Shown here: one piece after another, positions 12,608-26,317 of the stretch | Layout: each line of letters begins with the position of its first letter | How positions within the stretch are numbered: the stretch's first letter is position 1 | Assembly: GCA_030704615.1 (NCBI GenBank) | Contig: CM060733.1 | Coordinates: forward strand, 13,578,001-13,642,000 | DNA length: 64,000 bases | Source: Takakia lepidozioides | Lineage: Eukaryota; Plantae; Bryophyta | Reading direction: 5' to 3' | Notes under the pieces: model-generated | Seen by the model: the letters and a program-made list of their open reading frames with translations, nothing else | Told to the model about the DNA's origin: nothing | Databases searched by the model: none | Made by a program: the position numbers and the translations under genes

Positions 12608-13094
12608 CCTGTCCTCTTCCCCCTTCTTCTTGCCTTCCCTTTTCCTCGTCGTAAATATCGACGAATATCCCTCACTCCTCGGCGATAAACTGCATCCGTC
12701 CATACCCGACGAACGAACGAATGACCAGTCTTCGTCAGTATGCTATTTCAATAATCAGAAAATCCGTCGTACCTTTTTTTTTTTTTTTCTTTTCGTCTCT
12801 TGCTTCGAGACGGATCTGTCCGTTCACAGTATAAGATCTGAGGGTCGAAAATTTGCTTTCCACTTTTCTTTTCCCTTTTTCATACGTGGTATTTAAATAA
12901 GGTGGCACGTTGACTAGGAAACACACGGCATCCAACTCTTCGTATATGTGCGGAAGACGCGCTCACGAGAGCAAAGGAGAGAGAGAGAGAAAGGGAGCTT
13001 GCGCTGTAGAGACCGATCGATAGAGAGAGAGAGAGAGAGAGAGGGAGGAGGGGATTAATCGAATTGATAGAGGTAGAATTAAATTTGTGCAGCC
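12551..13094. promoter_or_regulatory. Bidirectional promoter / 5'UTR region of COG7 and SRPRA with GA/CT tracts
   Basis: Start codons diverge 544 bp apart; (CT)n at ~12574-12608 and (GA)n at ~12977-13043. Confidence 0.6.
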
Positions 13095-16000
13095 ATGTTA
13101 GAGCAGCTGTTAATCTTCACCCGAGGCGGGCTGGTGTTATGGACGTGCCAGGAACTTGGAAAGGCCCTGAAGGGCTCTCCGATTGATGCGCTTATAAGGT
13201 AATTTACCACGTGATGATGCTGGTTGGGATGGAGTATGATGCATGGAAGACGGTGTCTTGTATGATTGTTAGAGTAGTGGATGGACGGGCGGAAGAGTTT
13301 TGTGCACAAATGGTGTCTCTTTCTCTTGGACAGGTTAATTTGGAGTGAATGTTTGATTTTACTTGTAGCTCTAGTGATGTAGCTGCATGTGGTGTGGGGG
13401 GATGGATTTATGGACTTGACCGAGCTTGCATGGTGATGGAAGCGGTGATCAGGCCAGGCCGCGAATCTCTGGAGATTGGACTGATAAAGCTCGTTTTTGC
13501 TTGGGTATAGGTCGTGTCTTTTGGAGGAGCGGGCTGGTGACTCTTCTTTCCAGTACGATGCTGCGGGGGCGGCCTATACCTTGAAATGGAGGTTTCACAA
13601 TGAACTTGGCTTGGTCTTTGTGGCCATCTATCAACGGATTCTTCATCTTTTGTACGTGGATGAATTGCTAGATAAGGTGATGCGAGAGTTTGCCAAGGTT
13701 TTCGTCGAGAGCCGCACTTCCTACTATGATTTTGATGACACGTTTCGGCAGCTTCTCAAAGAGGCAGAGGCACAGGGGAAAAGGGGGGGACAACAGCGGG
13801 TACTTGAGAATGGCAAAAAAGGATTAGAGTCAGGACGACAACACCAGCAAATTCAAGGTAAGGGAGGCAAGTCCACGGGGAAGAAGCAAGGGAAACTAGA
13901 CGGTGGGGGTGGGGATGATGAAGATGAAGATGCGGATGGAGGGATCGGCGGAAGGTTCAAGGCCCTTGGTAATGGCAAGGTAAACGTTGCCGCAAACGGC
14001 TCTGTTAATGGCAACAATTTTACCAGGAAAAGTAATGGCGTTGCTAACGGGAAGGTGAACAGTGGAAGCACTAGTGGAAGTGCCAGTGACGATGAATGCA
14101 CCGGCAGCAAGAAATCCAATGAAGTTGCATTTGATGTAAATAAATTACAGAAGTTGAGGAACACCAAAGGCCCTGGGAAGAAAGCGGCTCCGCCTCAGGA
14201 AGTTTCCAAGGCTTCCAAGGAGGACTTGGGGAAAAAAAAGACAAAGAGAAATAGGGTTTGGGGGGATGCTCCTGCCCCTTCAAAACTGGACTTTACTGAC
14301 CCTTCAGATGAACAGGGGGAGGCCAATGTTCCTGCAATGGCTGACCAAGGTCTGAGCTTGATGGACAAGGATGATGAAGATGGAGAAGGGTTTGTGGTTG
14401 AGTCAGAGGAAGAGGAAGAGGAAGAGGAAGAGGAAGAGGATGATAATGATGATCGTAGGAAGGTGACAGCTAAAAGGGGATGGTTTTCTTCCCTTGTCCA
14501 AAGGTACATACAAACCCTTTTCAGTGCTGTTGTATGCAAAACCTATCTAGATATTTGGCAGGGAATATTTACAAGGCTGTTCAGTCTTAATCAAGTTCCT
14601 CTATCTAGGGTTAGTGGTATTTTTTTGACCAATCAATGACCCCAGAAAAGGCAGTATAATCTATCTTACTTGCCAAGTTCTTTGTTGGTTGAAGGTTCAG
14701 TCTGTTTGTCATGTATTCTTACCAAGCCCATATGTCCTTTGAGCAAATGTGCAGTAGTCTGGAGGGTTCACTTTCCTGGTTGGTGGGTACAGTATGACAG
14801 GGAAAGCTGCACTTGAAAAGGTGGATTTAGAGCCAGCTCTCAAGGTTCTCAAAGAACGATTGCAGACAAAGAATGTGGTATGTACGCTGATGTCACAAGA
14901 ATTGCTTCCCCTTTCCAGAATTGCCGAGGAATGAAAGTGCAACGCTCTAATGATCTTTCTCATGCTTTTCTTCCACCTCCCATGCTGCCAAAAAGCAAAA
15001 TCTTCAGAGTTGTTCAACTATGGATGTAACGGCTGTTTGGCAGGTCTGTCCTGTATTTGATATGCAATCAAACCCTGTGAGATAGGGTGCTTTGATGGAT
15101 TCAAGTTTTTATCTGAAGGGGCTGAGAGCTTCGCTCACCCTTCCTCAGCCTTTTTGGGGCCTTGGCTTCTCCAAAACTGTTGTGAAAATAAGTTTAAAGA
15201 TGAATTCTGATGTCTTTGAATGTCTGCATTGTGAAGGCTGAAGAAATTGCAGAGAAGTTATGTGAGTCAGTGGCAGCGAGTCTTGTTGGGAAGAAGCAGG
15301 GATCCTTCAGTCGTGTCTCTTCGACTGTCCAGGTTTGCCCACTATGACCTCCCTTCAGCAAATGTTCAAGTGCAGGTGTACTTAAAATGCCCAATGGGTG
15401 CTGTTAAAACAGAAATAAACCTTTACATTATGGGCCAAAAATCTTTTCGAAATACGTGGCACTTGTGCCTACCTGTGAAGTTCACTTTAAATTTCGTGCA
15501 CAGTATTTTTGGGTGGGCTAAGGGCTTGGTACATGTTAAAGGCATGACAATGTTGTATGTATGGCATGTGGTGGAGACAGGCTGCGATGGAAGAAGCGCT
15601 GCTCCGCATCCTCACACCGACACGCTCGGTTGATATCCTGCGTGATGTACACCAGGCCAAGGAGCGGGGCCGACCATATGTTATTGTGTTTGTGGGCGTC
15701 AATGGGGTTGGCAAATCCACAAATCTTGCTAAGGTGAAGGATTCATCGCTCCGATGTCTCTCTATCTCTCCTGTAGGACAAATACTGTTAGACTGATCAT
15801 TCCTGCTTTCTGGTTTCATGGGAGGACCACTATGTGACCCCAATAGCAGGCTACTCATAGTGAAGGAGTTTATATGAAGTTGCAAATGGTTGTATTTCTG
15901 GAAACATACTCTTTGACCTGCACAGATTACCCTGTATCATGTGTATAACTCTTTAACACCTGTGGGGTGGTGGGAACAGGTGGCATACTGGCTGTTGCAG

Positions 16001-17587
16001 CATGATGTGAGTGTGATGTTGGCTGCCTGTGACACGTTCCGATCAGGAGCTGTTGAGCAAATCCGCACTCATGCCCGCCGTCTGCAGGTTGCTCCCTTGT
16101 CCTTGGATAAGATAACTTCTTACCTCATCTGTGGGAACTGGATAAGCCTCTGCAGACAAGTTGCTGTAGTTGCTCTTTGCAACTGTGTTTTTGCACGTGT
16201 CTAGTAGTGGGATGAATGCTTGATCCCACTACTACCCAAGATAGTCAAGTTAACCAGGTCGCGGGTATGGTCGTCCATGGCACTGATTAGATCCGTTGTG
16301 TATGAACTATTCCTCGACTCTCCTTCTGTTTCATTTGTAAATTGCGAAACTCAGCGTGGTAGTATGATCTGTAGTAGATCCAGGGCAGGCAGTAAGATAA
16401 TTGAGTATCATTGTGGGCTGATCGTTAACCTGCTGGTGACAGATCCCAATATTCGAGAAAGGATATGAGAAGGATCCAGCAATGGTGGCAAAGGAAGCCA
16501 TCCGTGAAGCAGTGAGAACCAAGCAGGATGTTGTTCTAGTGGACACTGCAGGGCGAATGCAGGTAATATTTTTTTCCCTTAATCCGAAATCTTCTTGAAA
16601 TGGTGAGAGATGTGTGCAGGTACAACAACATTGGAAAGCTCCTGAATAAAAAGTGAAATGCTTCAAGGTGTGTGGTAGAAAAAATATCCATTCAGGATCT
16701 TGGGGAGGAAGTGTTTTAGATGGCAATCACATGCATCACTAATAATCTCTGCTGAAGATTAAACATGGTTGGGCAGCTAATAGTGTGGGGTTCTGGTTAA
16801 TGGCAGGACAATGAGCCATTGATGAGGGCACTGTCAAAGCTGATCAACCTGAATGCGCCAGACATGGTCCTGTTTGTGGGTGAAGCTTTGGTAGGCAATG
16901 ATGCTGTTGACCAACTCACAAAATTCAATCAGGTAATTTACCGTAGTCACCAGGTGAATTGTGTCCACAATGTCACAACAAGTTTTGCAATTTTTGTACA
17001 TATGATATACCTGTATTGACAGGAGCACTGGGTAGAGAGAGGTAGAGTGACTGATAGATGCTGGTGGATCTCGGCTTTGTTCCCTGTATTGCAGAAACTG
17101 GCAGATCTGTCGGCCACACCCACTGCACGCCTTATTGACGGCATCCTGCTCACGAAGTTTGACACTATCGATGACAAGGTATTGCTTTGACCAGAGATGT
17201 CATCTATACCCATAGACGTTAACTCTCCGTTTACTAATCTGTCCATGAATCTGTCAAGTTGAGAACTAGTTGAGTTACTACTATTCATTTGTCGCTCTTG
17301 GGATTTTTCATGGAGACAAAAAACGCTTGCTGTGCACCTGTGTGTGTGCCAGTTTCAGGTCATCCATTGAAATCGTTTTGACTAGCAGGCATACCATTGG
17401 CACCAGTGCTGGCAATCGCATGTCAAAATGCCATCCTGAGATTGTGTGTGTGTGTGCACAGGTTGGGGCGGCACTGTCCATGGTGTATGTCTCGGGTGCA
17501 CCCGTGATGTTTGTTGGGTGTGGTCAGACGTACACTGATCTGAAAAAGCTGAATGTGAAATCTATCATCAAATCCCTCCTCAAATAG
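13095..17587 (+). CDS. SRPRA: Signal recognition particle receptor alpha subunit; exons 13095-13198, 13511-14503, 14793-14877, 15237-15332, 15581-15733, 15980-16087, 16443-16562, 16807-16932, 17095-17178, 17462-17587
   Basis: N-terminal SRX domain [34 protein letters not shown]; acidic linker; SRP GTPase motifs [25 protein letters not shown] and GCGQTYTDL. Confidence 0.96.
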
Positions 17588-18787
17588 CCGTTACTTGCGA
17601 GCTTCCCTGTGGCTGCAGGCTCTCTCTGCACTCGCCCTGTGGTTTTGTGTGGTGGTTGGTGTGCCTCTTCATTGTTATACTAATAGATTAAAACAGAACA
17701 AGTAATAGCTCTGGATCCAAAATATTAAGCTAATGCTGCCATTGGGAGCAGCTTTTGGAGAAGTAGTGTTACCCCTGTATTGGAAAGGAGGAGCTCTACA
17801 AGCTTTGCTTTGGGTGAGTTTTTTGGGATAAGACTCGCCGCATAATTGTCTTATCTAAAGCATGTGCAAGAATTTTGCTTGAAAATCCTTCTGGAGATAA
17901 ATGTTCTATCTGGCAGAGGTCCATGGGACAGAAGCCCGGCATGATACATGCAATCATGGTTGTGCTATATGTAAACCACTACCTATTTCCAGCTGAAGTG
18001 TAATATGAGGATATCAAATCAGAGAAGAAACATGTGCCACAGTTCTGTGGTACAGGCACAGGCACGAACATAGATATGGAAGTGAGCTGGTATTACATGA
18101 CTCCTTGAAGTCTATCATGTTGTTCTCCAGATTTGCATGAGTGTGCCAACAAAGTTAGAGGATAAGCAATTGCATTGATAGATAGATGGTTTGAAAAATC
18201 ATTGCATGAACTCAGACGCTCTCCACAATTCACTACCTTGGGGTTCAATGACTATCACAGTATTTGCATTTGCAGGTGGATAGTTTACACTTTACACCTG
18301 TGTTGATAATGATCCATACCCAGAAATTTGTCTGTCATCTGCATTAGCTGGATGCAGGAAGACCAGAAGCCCTGGAAGAGGTAGCTCAGTGGATTAATCA
18401 GCCGCAAGGGGGCAGGGGACAAACCTAGAGATGGGGGGGTCATCACGAATAGTGAGCCCTACAAATTGATCAAGCCTTCAGCAATAGACTAAGATGTGTA
18501 TTGGCTTATCAGCACAACTCTTCATGGCCACAACTGTAGTGAGAAATGGACACGGAGAGAATGAAAGCTTATGACATCCCAGGAGGCCCAGAGTGCCTGC
18601 GGGACACACGGTGGACTACAAGCACAGAAACCGGTGATGTTTCATGAATAAGATCTGCTTGACAAGTATGTATCTTGCACCAGGTGGCAATTCAGCATGA
18701 TGCATTTTCAGTAGACGTTGAGAATACTTCGGACATGCACAAACTACAATTATACCAAATTATCCCGAACTGTTAAAAACAACCTGA

Positions 18788-21700
18788 CTACCATCTTCCA
18801 CAGCTTGATCTACTCCGAAGTACAGTTTCTACGTCATCTGGGAGAGTAACAGAAATGCTAGAGGTGAGGACTTCATCTTCTACTCTAGCCGGGACAGTGC
18901 TCAAAAAATCGTCACTATCCCTATCGTTACTTTTGTTCACAGGTTCTCCACCTGATGTGCTATTAATGCCAGTTTTGATTTCTGGTACCAGATCAAGAAG
19001 CTCATTTAGCTCTCTTTCAAACTCATATTTTGCACGGTTACTCTTTCCACCCACAACAAGAGAGGACCCATTTTGCAAGGCCCACACCTGCACCCAAATA
19101 CCCATCAGTGAATGAGGGAGTGTAAGGATAGTCAGTGTGCATTACGAGCTCCTCTAATATAGCCAAGAACATCCTTGGTGTTAGTAAACCTGCTTAACTA
19201 CAATGAGCCTAGCCTCCTGACTCCAAAATTGTATTGTGAGCAGCAGAGATGCCTTCATTAGCAAATCACAAACACATCAAGGACTAGATCATGACATTAC
19301 ATTTGAGTCTGAACGACATAGCTTGAATACTACAGAGCATTGCAGACATAACCATTAATTTTGACATCCTATCATGGCAAACATCAGTTTTATGAAATGA
19401 CTATCTCAAAACTGAATCCTAGATCAGTAGGATCTGATTATGACTTGCAAGAATCTAATACATGGCGATATACCTGGGAGTGAGACATATAGCTGATGAC
19501 TGTTGTCAGCATAAGCCCACCAAAGCCTGCATATACCGGAGGAACCCCGGGATCCATCTGTCCATTGAGAAGGACACATTAGATCACACAATCCATCATC
19601 ATAAACCACCCATATTCATGCGAAAAAATAAAGGAGGAAAAAGAAACCTTCAATTCAAGGCCTGTGCTGCCGATAACGTCATCCACCACAATGCTCACAT
19701 TGTCCACCACAATAGGCTTCTTGGATCCAGGGCGGCGAACCCCAACAAACTGGCCCTCCTGGTCATAAATCACCACAGACTGCAGATCCCGGGCTAAAAT
19801 GGAACTGCAAGGACATCCATCACTATACATCAGTTTTGAGCCACTTTGCGAGTAGAGGACTTCATCGCCTCACGTGGGTTCACTGTGAGCCTTGATACTT
19901 CCAGAAAGGTTCTTAGCTTGTCCTTAACATGAAGCTCCTTTGAATCACCAATGTGCAGTAACAGTGATACAAATACTAATAAAACCCGAGCAACATATGG
20001 GTCCCCACTGTCCTGCTTGAAGGCCAATTCAGTTGAAACTACCATAGTTTTCCCGCAGCCAACAGTGTCTCTGGAGCTTGATTCCACTTGGTCTCGTATA
20101 GCATGCTGTTGAGTGGCAAGCGAAGCAGCAAAGAGAACAAACTGAAACCAAGGCCTAACCAATTTGCTGTCAGAAATGAAGTGACTTAATTGTTCACCTA
20201 CTCTCAGTCACAAAGCTAAGCATCGAGCATGGCAAGCAGGGGAATTGGAGGGTTAGATAACTCACATGCCCTTAGCCTTAGCGAGTCCATCATCACCAAG
20301 TGGAAGAAACGTTCCATAGAGCTTACTGTCTCCCTTTTGCAGCGGAGCCATCACTAGGTTGAAGGGCTCCGATCCATCAACACGTACTTGGATGGCTGAG
20401 ATAGACCAATCTGTCTGATACATAGTGACCCCTCCATAGCGAAATGGGTCATTCACACTAATGGTCCTACGCGATACATTTTTGTCGCTCAGGTCCACTA
20501 GCGAGAGGTCTGAGTGGAATTGTGCCACCTGCCACCCCACCATGGTCTCACAACATCTTAGTCCATTGGCTAGAGGCCTTATCTTCTATTTCCCTCTGTC
20601 TCTGAATGAAGTTGGCCTTCCAGTGACTTCCAAGTGTACAAAACTGCAGCAAGCATGAATCTGATTATAGGAGGGCTAAATCGTGAGAGAGAGATGACCG
20701 ACCTCTCCTGTGGGGCGATAGTCGATATAAAACTTGTTCACTTGCACACGCAAATTCATAACAGGGGACGGCATGGAGAGAAAACCCTTCGGTGCGAGAG
20801 CATCCCCAATCATGAATTCAAGACCTTGAGGGACCATCACTGTGCCATGGTAACCCCCCACTGCACTGAGGGTAGCTCCTCCCATTATCAAAAGAAGGGC
20901 TGCATGCACTCCTATTGGTGCTAGCCTGCCAGCAAGACCTTTAAAGCCATACAATGATGGACCCCTGACAAACACCTGCAGCCATCCTGTGTCAAGACTT
21001 AGCTGATTGTGGTCTTTCCTTCAACAAAATGGAGTGTCTCATTCCACTCAAAACCTTATTGCTATGTTCTCTGGCAAAGGGGGGGAAAGGGGAAAAAGAA
21101 GAAAGAGGGTGAAGGAGAAAAAAATGACAATCATTAGATCCAAAGCAGGCCATACGGACCTGTCTGGACCCAGAAGAAACAGTCCAACAGAAATTGCTAA
21201 GCCAAAATAAGACCTACTGATGTGGGCTTCCTCTCTATTTTTTTCTATTTTTAATGAAAGGGACCAGAGCCCTGATACCCAAATTCACATTGGTAGGTAG
21301 GCCCTTTAGATCATCCTTATGGTCCATGTGACAAACTGGAAACAAGTTCAGGGAAGTTTTATGCCTATCTTCTTTTGTTCAGATGTTCTTCGTGCTTCTG
21401 CAATGGCCTTAGACACTAGTAAGCTTCATCTAGCTGGGTCAGTTCTTCCTGCCTCATATTCAGGTACTTGAAAACCTCCTCTACCTTTTTTGCGAGAACT
21501 TAACCTATTTAACGGAACGGAAAAATTCCAAAAATAAGAGTCAATCGTCTTAGGGTGCCCCAAACAGCCTCGTTGACAATGCCCTCACACTCACCAGCTT
21601 AAAGCCCTTTAGGGCATGTTGTATCCCTTTGTGATAAGCTCTAGGTCATCAGGGCTGTCTTGGATCATAGGAACAGTTCTGTATTGTTCCATTCTTTAGA

Positions 21701-24700
21701 GAACCCCTCACTATTAGAGTTAGATTCAAGGCCAAGAGGGCTGTAGTGCATTTCAAAGGTTTTCACAACCTCAACCATAGAAGTCACCACTGCACCCTTG
21801 TTATTCCTTAAAGCATGTTCTTGCTGACCATGTACAAATGCTGTAAGGCCAACCAGAATCTTTTATCATTACCACCGTGTTGGTTCAAGTTAACGTCATG
21901 GTAAAACTCTTCCCAATATGTTTTCTTCTGAGCCTTTACCAGCTGATTTACATCTTTCTGCAGCTGGTAATATACAGCTCTCTGTCATCTTTGATATTAC
22001 AGCAGTCCCTCTAAAGCACCCGTCTCTTGGCGATCTTAAGCATAATCTCATCGGTCCACCAATTCACTGCTTTTCCGCATACAATTAGTTTCCTTCCAAC
22101 GATCTTAGCAGCAACATAAGTGACGAAACTGACAGACAGATTGTACTCATAAGACGTTGTTTGCCGTAGCCTTGTGGCCATTGACCCCGTGCCCAGTTTG
22201 AGCAGGAACAAAAGGGACAGAACCTACCTCTGTCAGGGGCTGACGTTGGTAGTAAGACTTACCTCCATATAAAGAATTAATCCGGGTTTTCCAGATATCC
22301 TCTAGAAATCCCTTCACACAAGCATCAATCTGCTGTGTGTGATTTGCCCAAAAACTAGGCCTCAGGAGGGCCTGGGCTTTTGGCTCAGCCTCGAGACTTT
22401 CAAAGTTGGTAAACAGGGGTACAGGCACAATTCCCTTAATAGAATTGAAGAGAGCGTCTCTTTGGTGAGAGAACCCCCGGACAGTGTATCAGAAAATGAA
22501 TACTGTCTTCAGATTGCCCACACAACGGGCAATTGCACTCTCCCTTTCCTCTCTGCTTCTGTTTGCTGTTCAAAGGTAGGCTTCCTGCCCTGAGTTTAAA
22601 TTTCAGTCTAGTGCCGAGAGTGGGTAGACCCTTGAGGTCATCCAAGATGTCCTCCCCCATGTCTCAGGCTGGAAACAAGTTCAGGGAAGTTTTCTGCCTA
22701 ACTTCATTTTCATCAGACAATCTCATGGCAACAGACATGGCTGAGGACACTACAGCCTCTAAGTCAGATTTATCCAGCAGGGTCAAGACTTGCGGATCCA
22801 GGTCCAGGTCCTTGAGGATCTCTTCTACTCTCTTCTGCCAGGACTTGGCCTGTTTGACAGGGCGGTCCTGTTTCCAAGATATAGAGTCGATTAACTTGGG
22901 ATATCTGGTGTTGGGCATATGTTGCAGCTGACCCCACCATCTGACCTTGAATTCATCTCATCGGGAGCTTAAGGACGGAATGCCAAACTCACCCCGAACA
23001 GCCACATTGGCTGTTTTGGAGCATGCTGACATACACTCCTTAAGCACCCCACTTGAATGGATTCTAGAGACTTAGCCTGGTTGGAGTTATCAACCCATAT
23101 AGCAGATCCGTACTCCAAGGCAGGTCTAATAACACGACAAAGCATGGTTTTCTTAACCTCAGAGTTGACCCCTCTGCAGTGGAAAAATTTAGTGAGCCCC
23201 AGAGCTTTGCCCTTGCCAGTTTGAACAACTTTCCGGATATGTGCATCCCAATTACAATTGGAGGAGAACTCAACGCCCAGGTAACTCAACGCTCAACTGA
23301 CAGACAGAGACCGGAGAAAAGACTGAAAAGAGTTTCATAAGGACCATGGAAGTCAAAGAGCTCATGGGACAAGATAGCATAGCACACAAGGACACTAGAG
23401 GCACAAAGCAAGAGAGAGAGTACATCCTCGTGAGGTGATTCAAGAACTTCACTGATCACACAAGCAGCAGGTCTGGGAAGGATTTAGTACTAACTCACCT
23501 GGTAACCTTCAGCCATAAGAAGGGTGCCTAAGTCAGTCAGCCGTGCTCGAGGGAGAGTGTCACTGACGTTCAATTTCAAAACAGCTGCAGGCGAATTAAG
23601 AAATGACCACCTTCACACCCATTTTTGAAGATCTCAGAATTAGCGATTTCACACCATCTGGGGGGACATTAAAATCTGAGACATTGTCCAAGTGAGGCCT
23701 TCCAGCACCTCTCCCCCTCCCTTGCTTTCGTTTGGAATTGGGTGCAATGACTGATGCGTGTAGACAAATTAATGCTATTTCTTTGATTTATGTCACTGAG
23801 CCACATAGAAAGAGAGGTAGAAGGAAAATGCCATTGAAGCCCAATGGCCAGGCACATATGCAGACCACCACAACCCAACATTGAGAATACCAAAGACAAG
23901 GAGGGGGAGAGGATGGAAAACAGGATTTATTATAACATGACAGCAAATTCATAGAACGTTTGGGAGAATGAATGCTCTGCAATTAGACGACTACAGTGGT
24001 TGATCAAAGAAAGCACGGGAGAAGCCAAAGTCAGACCTGCGGGCAACCTTCACCATGGGTAATTGACGCGTTGAAGTACAGGCCACCAGGGAGGCCGCTA
24101 GAAGAACTAGAAGGCCCAGAAAGTAGGGGGCCGAATATATGTGATCCAGACTCAAACCCAGCACCCACCGCCATGTAAGAAATCCAAGTATTGGGTGCTC
24201 CTCCGAATAGTTTTGAAAGTAAAACTCGGGACTCTCTCCTTGCTCAATTATTGTACCTACATGTTCACCACAAAACATCGGCCCCACAGATATACAGCAA
24301 TCCTACAATTTCATCCTACTTGTCGAGAACAATGCCAAAATATTCTGACATGTCCACCGCCAGAAACATGAACCAAGAAAGGCTTCTCTTTCTCATCACA
24401 CACAAGAAGAACACTGACCACAGCAGAGTTTTTGCAAGCGATGCTCCAATGGACAACGTCAGCTATGACAATTACGGCAGGCCCACACTGAAATGCTCAT
24501 TCCAAGCGGGGATACAACTCCCTAACGATCAGTACATACCAAAAGCATTATGCTTATGTTGCATTCCCTCCCTCCCATGGTAAACAAAAAAATTCATGAC
24601 TGACAAGAATAGAGTACAGAGAAATCGCACCAACTGCAGAGAGCCCGGCAATCACAAACAGCTCCGCAATCGCCAACGGGAATGAAGACAGTTGCCTCAT

Positions 24701-25219
24701 CAACTTTCTATACAAGCCCTGCAACGACATATCTCCTTTTGGGCTTCCTGTCTGACTATTGACAGCTTGTGTGCGCCCCACCTGGACCCCATTTGCTTGA
24801 ATGGCAGATTGGGTAATCTCGGATGGCGATTCTGTGAGTGATGGCGCTGAGACCGGGGGTGGGGCTCTAACTATGGGGAGTTCTAGAGATTCAAGAGGTA
24901 TAGGACCTACATTTTTTGAAGGCGTTTGCCGCCGGCCATCGTCCTTTGCTGCTTCTACTGTCAGTGTCCTAAAGCTGACAAGATTTCTGTGAGTAAAAAC
25001 TGAGGGAGAGCTAAACGGTATTCGGCATGAATTTTTCCATGAATTTAGCAACAATCGATCAATATAACGAGGCCTTACAAGTCCAAATTGAGAGCTCGCT
25101 GCTGGCTCTTTGTTTCCTAAGAAATGAAGAAAATCAGTAGGCGTTGCCATGGACAACCCGCATTGCAGAGTGCATACCATTGTTGTATGTCTCACATTCA
25201 GAGAATTTCTTAACAGCAT
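18788..25219 (-). CDS. CCS1: Chloroplast cytochrome c biogenesis protein CCS1 (ResB family); exons 25219-24631, 24256-24037, 23610-23499, 20975-20703, 20528-20266, 19804-19648, 19557-19474, 19087-18788 (exact start Met uncertain)
   Basis: Transit-peptide-like N-terminus; motifs LSAVGTIIEQGE, DHIYSAPYF, ACTSTRQLP, GRLAPIGVH, ISVNDPFRYGGVTMYQTDW, DPGVPPVYAGFGGLM and GGKSNRAK. Confidence 0.94.
21260..22126 (-). mobile_element. Old, internally deleted copy of the same LINE family in CCS1 intron 3
   Basis: Translates KIVGRKLIVCGKAVNWWTDEI (compare KIIGRKLIVCGRAVNWWTNEI at ~32390) and has GGNDKRFW-like and KTSLNLFPVC segments; many indels. Confidence 0.8.
22141..23294 (-). mobile_element. Young 5'-truncated LINE copy with 14-bp TSD in CCS1 intron 3
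   Basis: Near-identical to ~33838-34982. TSD AACTGACAGACAGA at 22127-22140 and 23295-23308. A short duplicated CTCAACGC at the 5' junction is consistent with target-primed reverse transcription. Confidence 0.93.
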
Positions 25220-26317
25220 GCGTCGCCCAGTTAATCTCTAGTGCCGACCGAGTTGTGTAGCCCAAAGCATCTCCTCTCTCCTCCCTCACTGAGCAGCCTC
25301 TCGCTTCTATCACTCTGCCTGGATGTGCTTACCAGCAGCTGACGTGTCGTTTAGATAACCTTGCAGCCAAAGAGAGGATATTTGGTCAAACACAGGATCC
25401 AAAACTCACTCACATTCAAACAATCCCGCCACGATGATTTTGTGTTCAAATCCATTAACCTACAGATGCCAAAATGGATTTCAAGGTCGACCGGGGTTGC
25501 CCTTGTGGAGTGCAGCTTCTGAATTGCTAGGGTCCACAAAATCTGTTGATGTCACAAACGCAGAATCAAAAGATCTTGAGCCCTATGCTCTGTGAAATTC
25601 TTTGGGTCCAAATGGTGGTCAGAGATCTTCAGCGATGGAAATAGCTTGTGGTACAGATCGATTAGGGTGCTGGCTTTCGGAGGGAGAAGAGCTTGAGCAG
25701 AAGAGTTTCATGGATTTGGGAGGTTTTGCAGCGGTAATGATGAGATTGTGAAGTGTAGCAGCAGCTGGGTTTTATAGGTGCAGAAGGGTGAGCAACTTTC
25801 TCCTCGGCAAATTTGGAATGTCGTAAAAAAGCAACGAAGTCTGAATGTTCAATGAGCGAGCTGCAGAACGCATTCCAGAAACCCCAGTGAGCGAGTGTTC
25901 TTTTCACCATGCCCCAACTACTTGCCCACCGTCCAGAAGCGGGAATGTCATTCAGGCTCACATCCTAAAGTACCTTGACAGCGTATGTATGTGTAATTTT
26001 AGATGGCATTTTAGGTGGGTTTATGTAAAATCGGTTCCGAGGTTCAGCACTTGGGTACACCATTTACCCTAAACCTGTTTTTCAGCTCTCTGATGGAATG
26101 TGCACCAGGCGTCAGCAAGCCCTTTGGTGGTGGGGATAATAGGGGGGCCTGTTGTTTGTTCACTTACCCCTCTGAGACTGGAGGTGCTCACTGGATGCAC
26201 AGTGTTATCTCTGGCCTCCAAACATAAACTGAGGCTCTGCGATGCTTTCCCAGACTCATGATAGGTGACTGGTGTTTGCTGGGTTGAAGGAGGGATTAAG
26301 ACAGATACACAAATTCT

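Noticed and set aside
14406-14452. GAG/GAA triplet run
   Set aside because: Encodes the ordinary acidic linker of SR-alpha.
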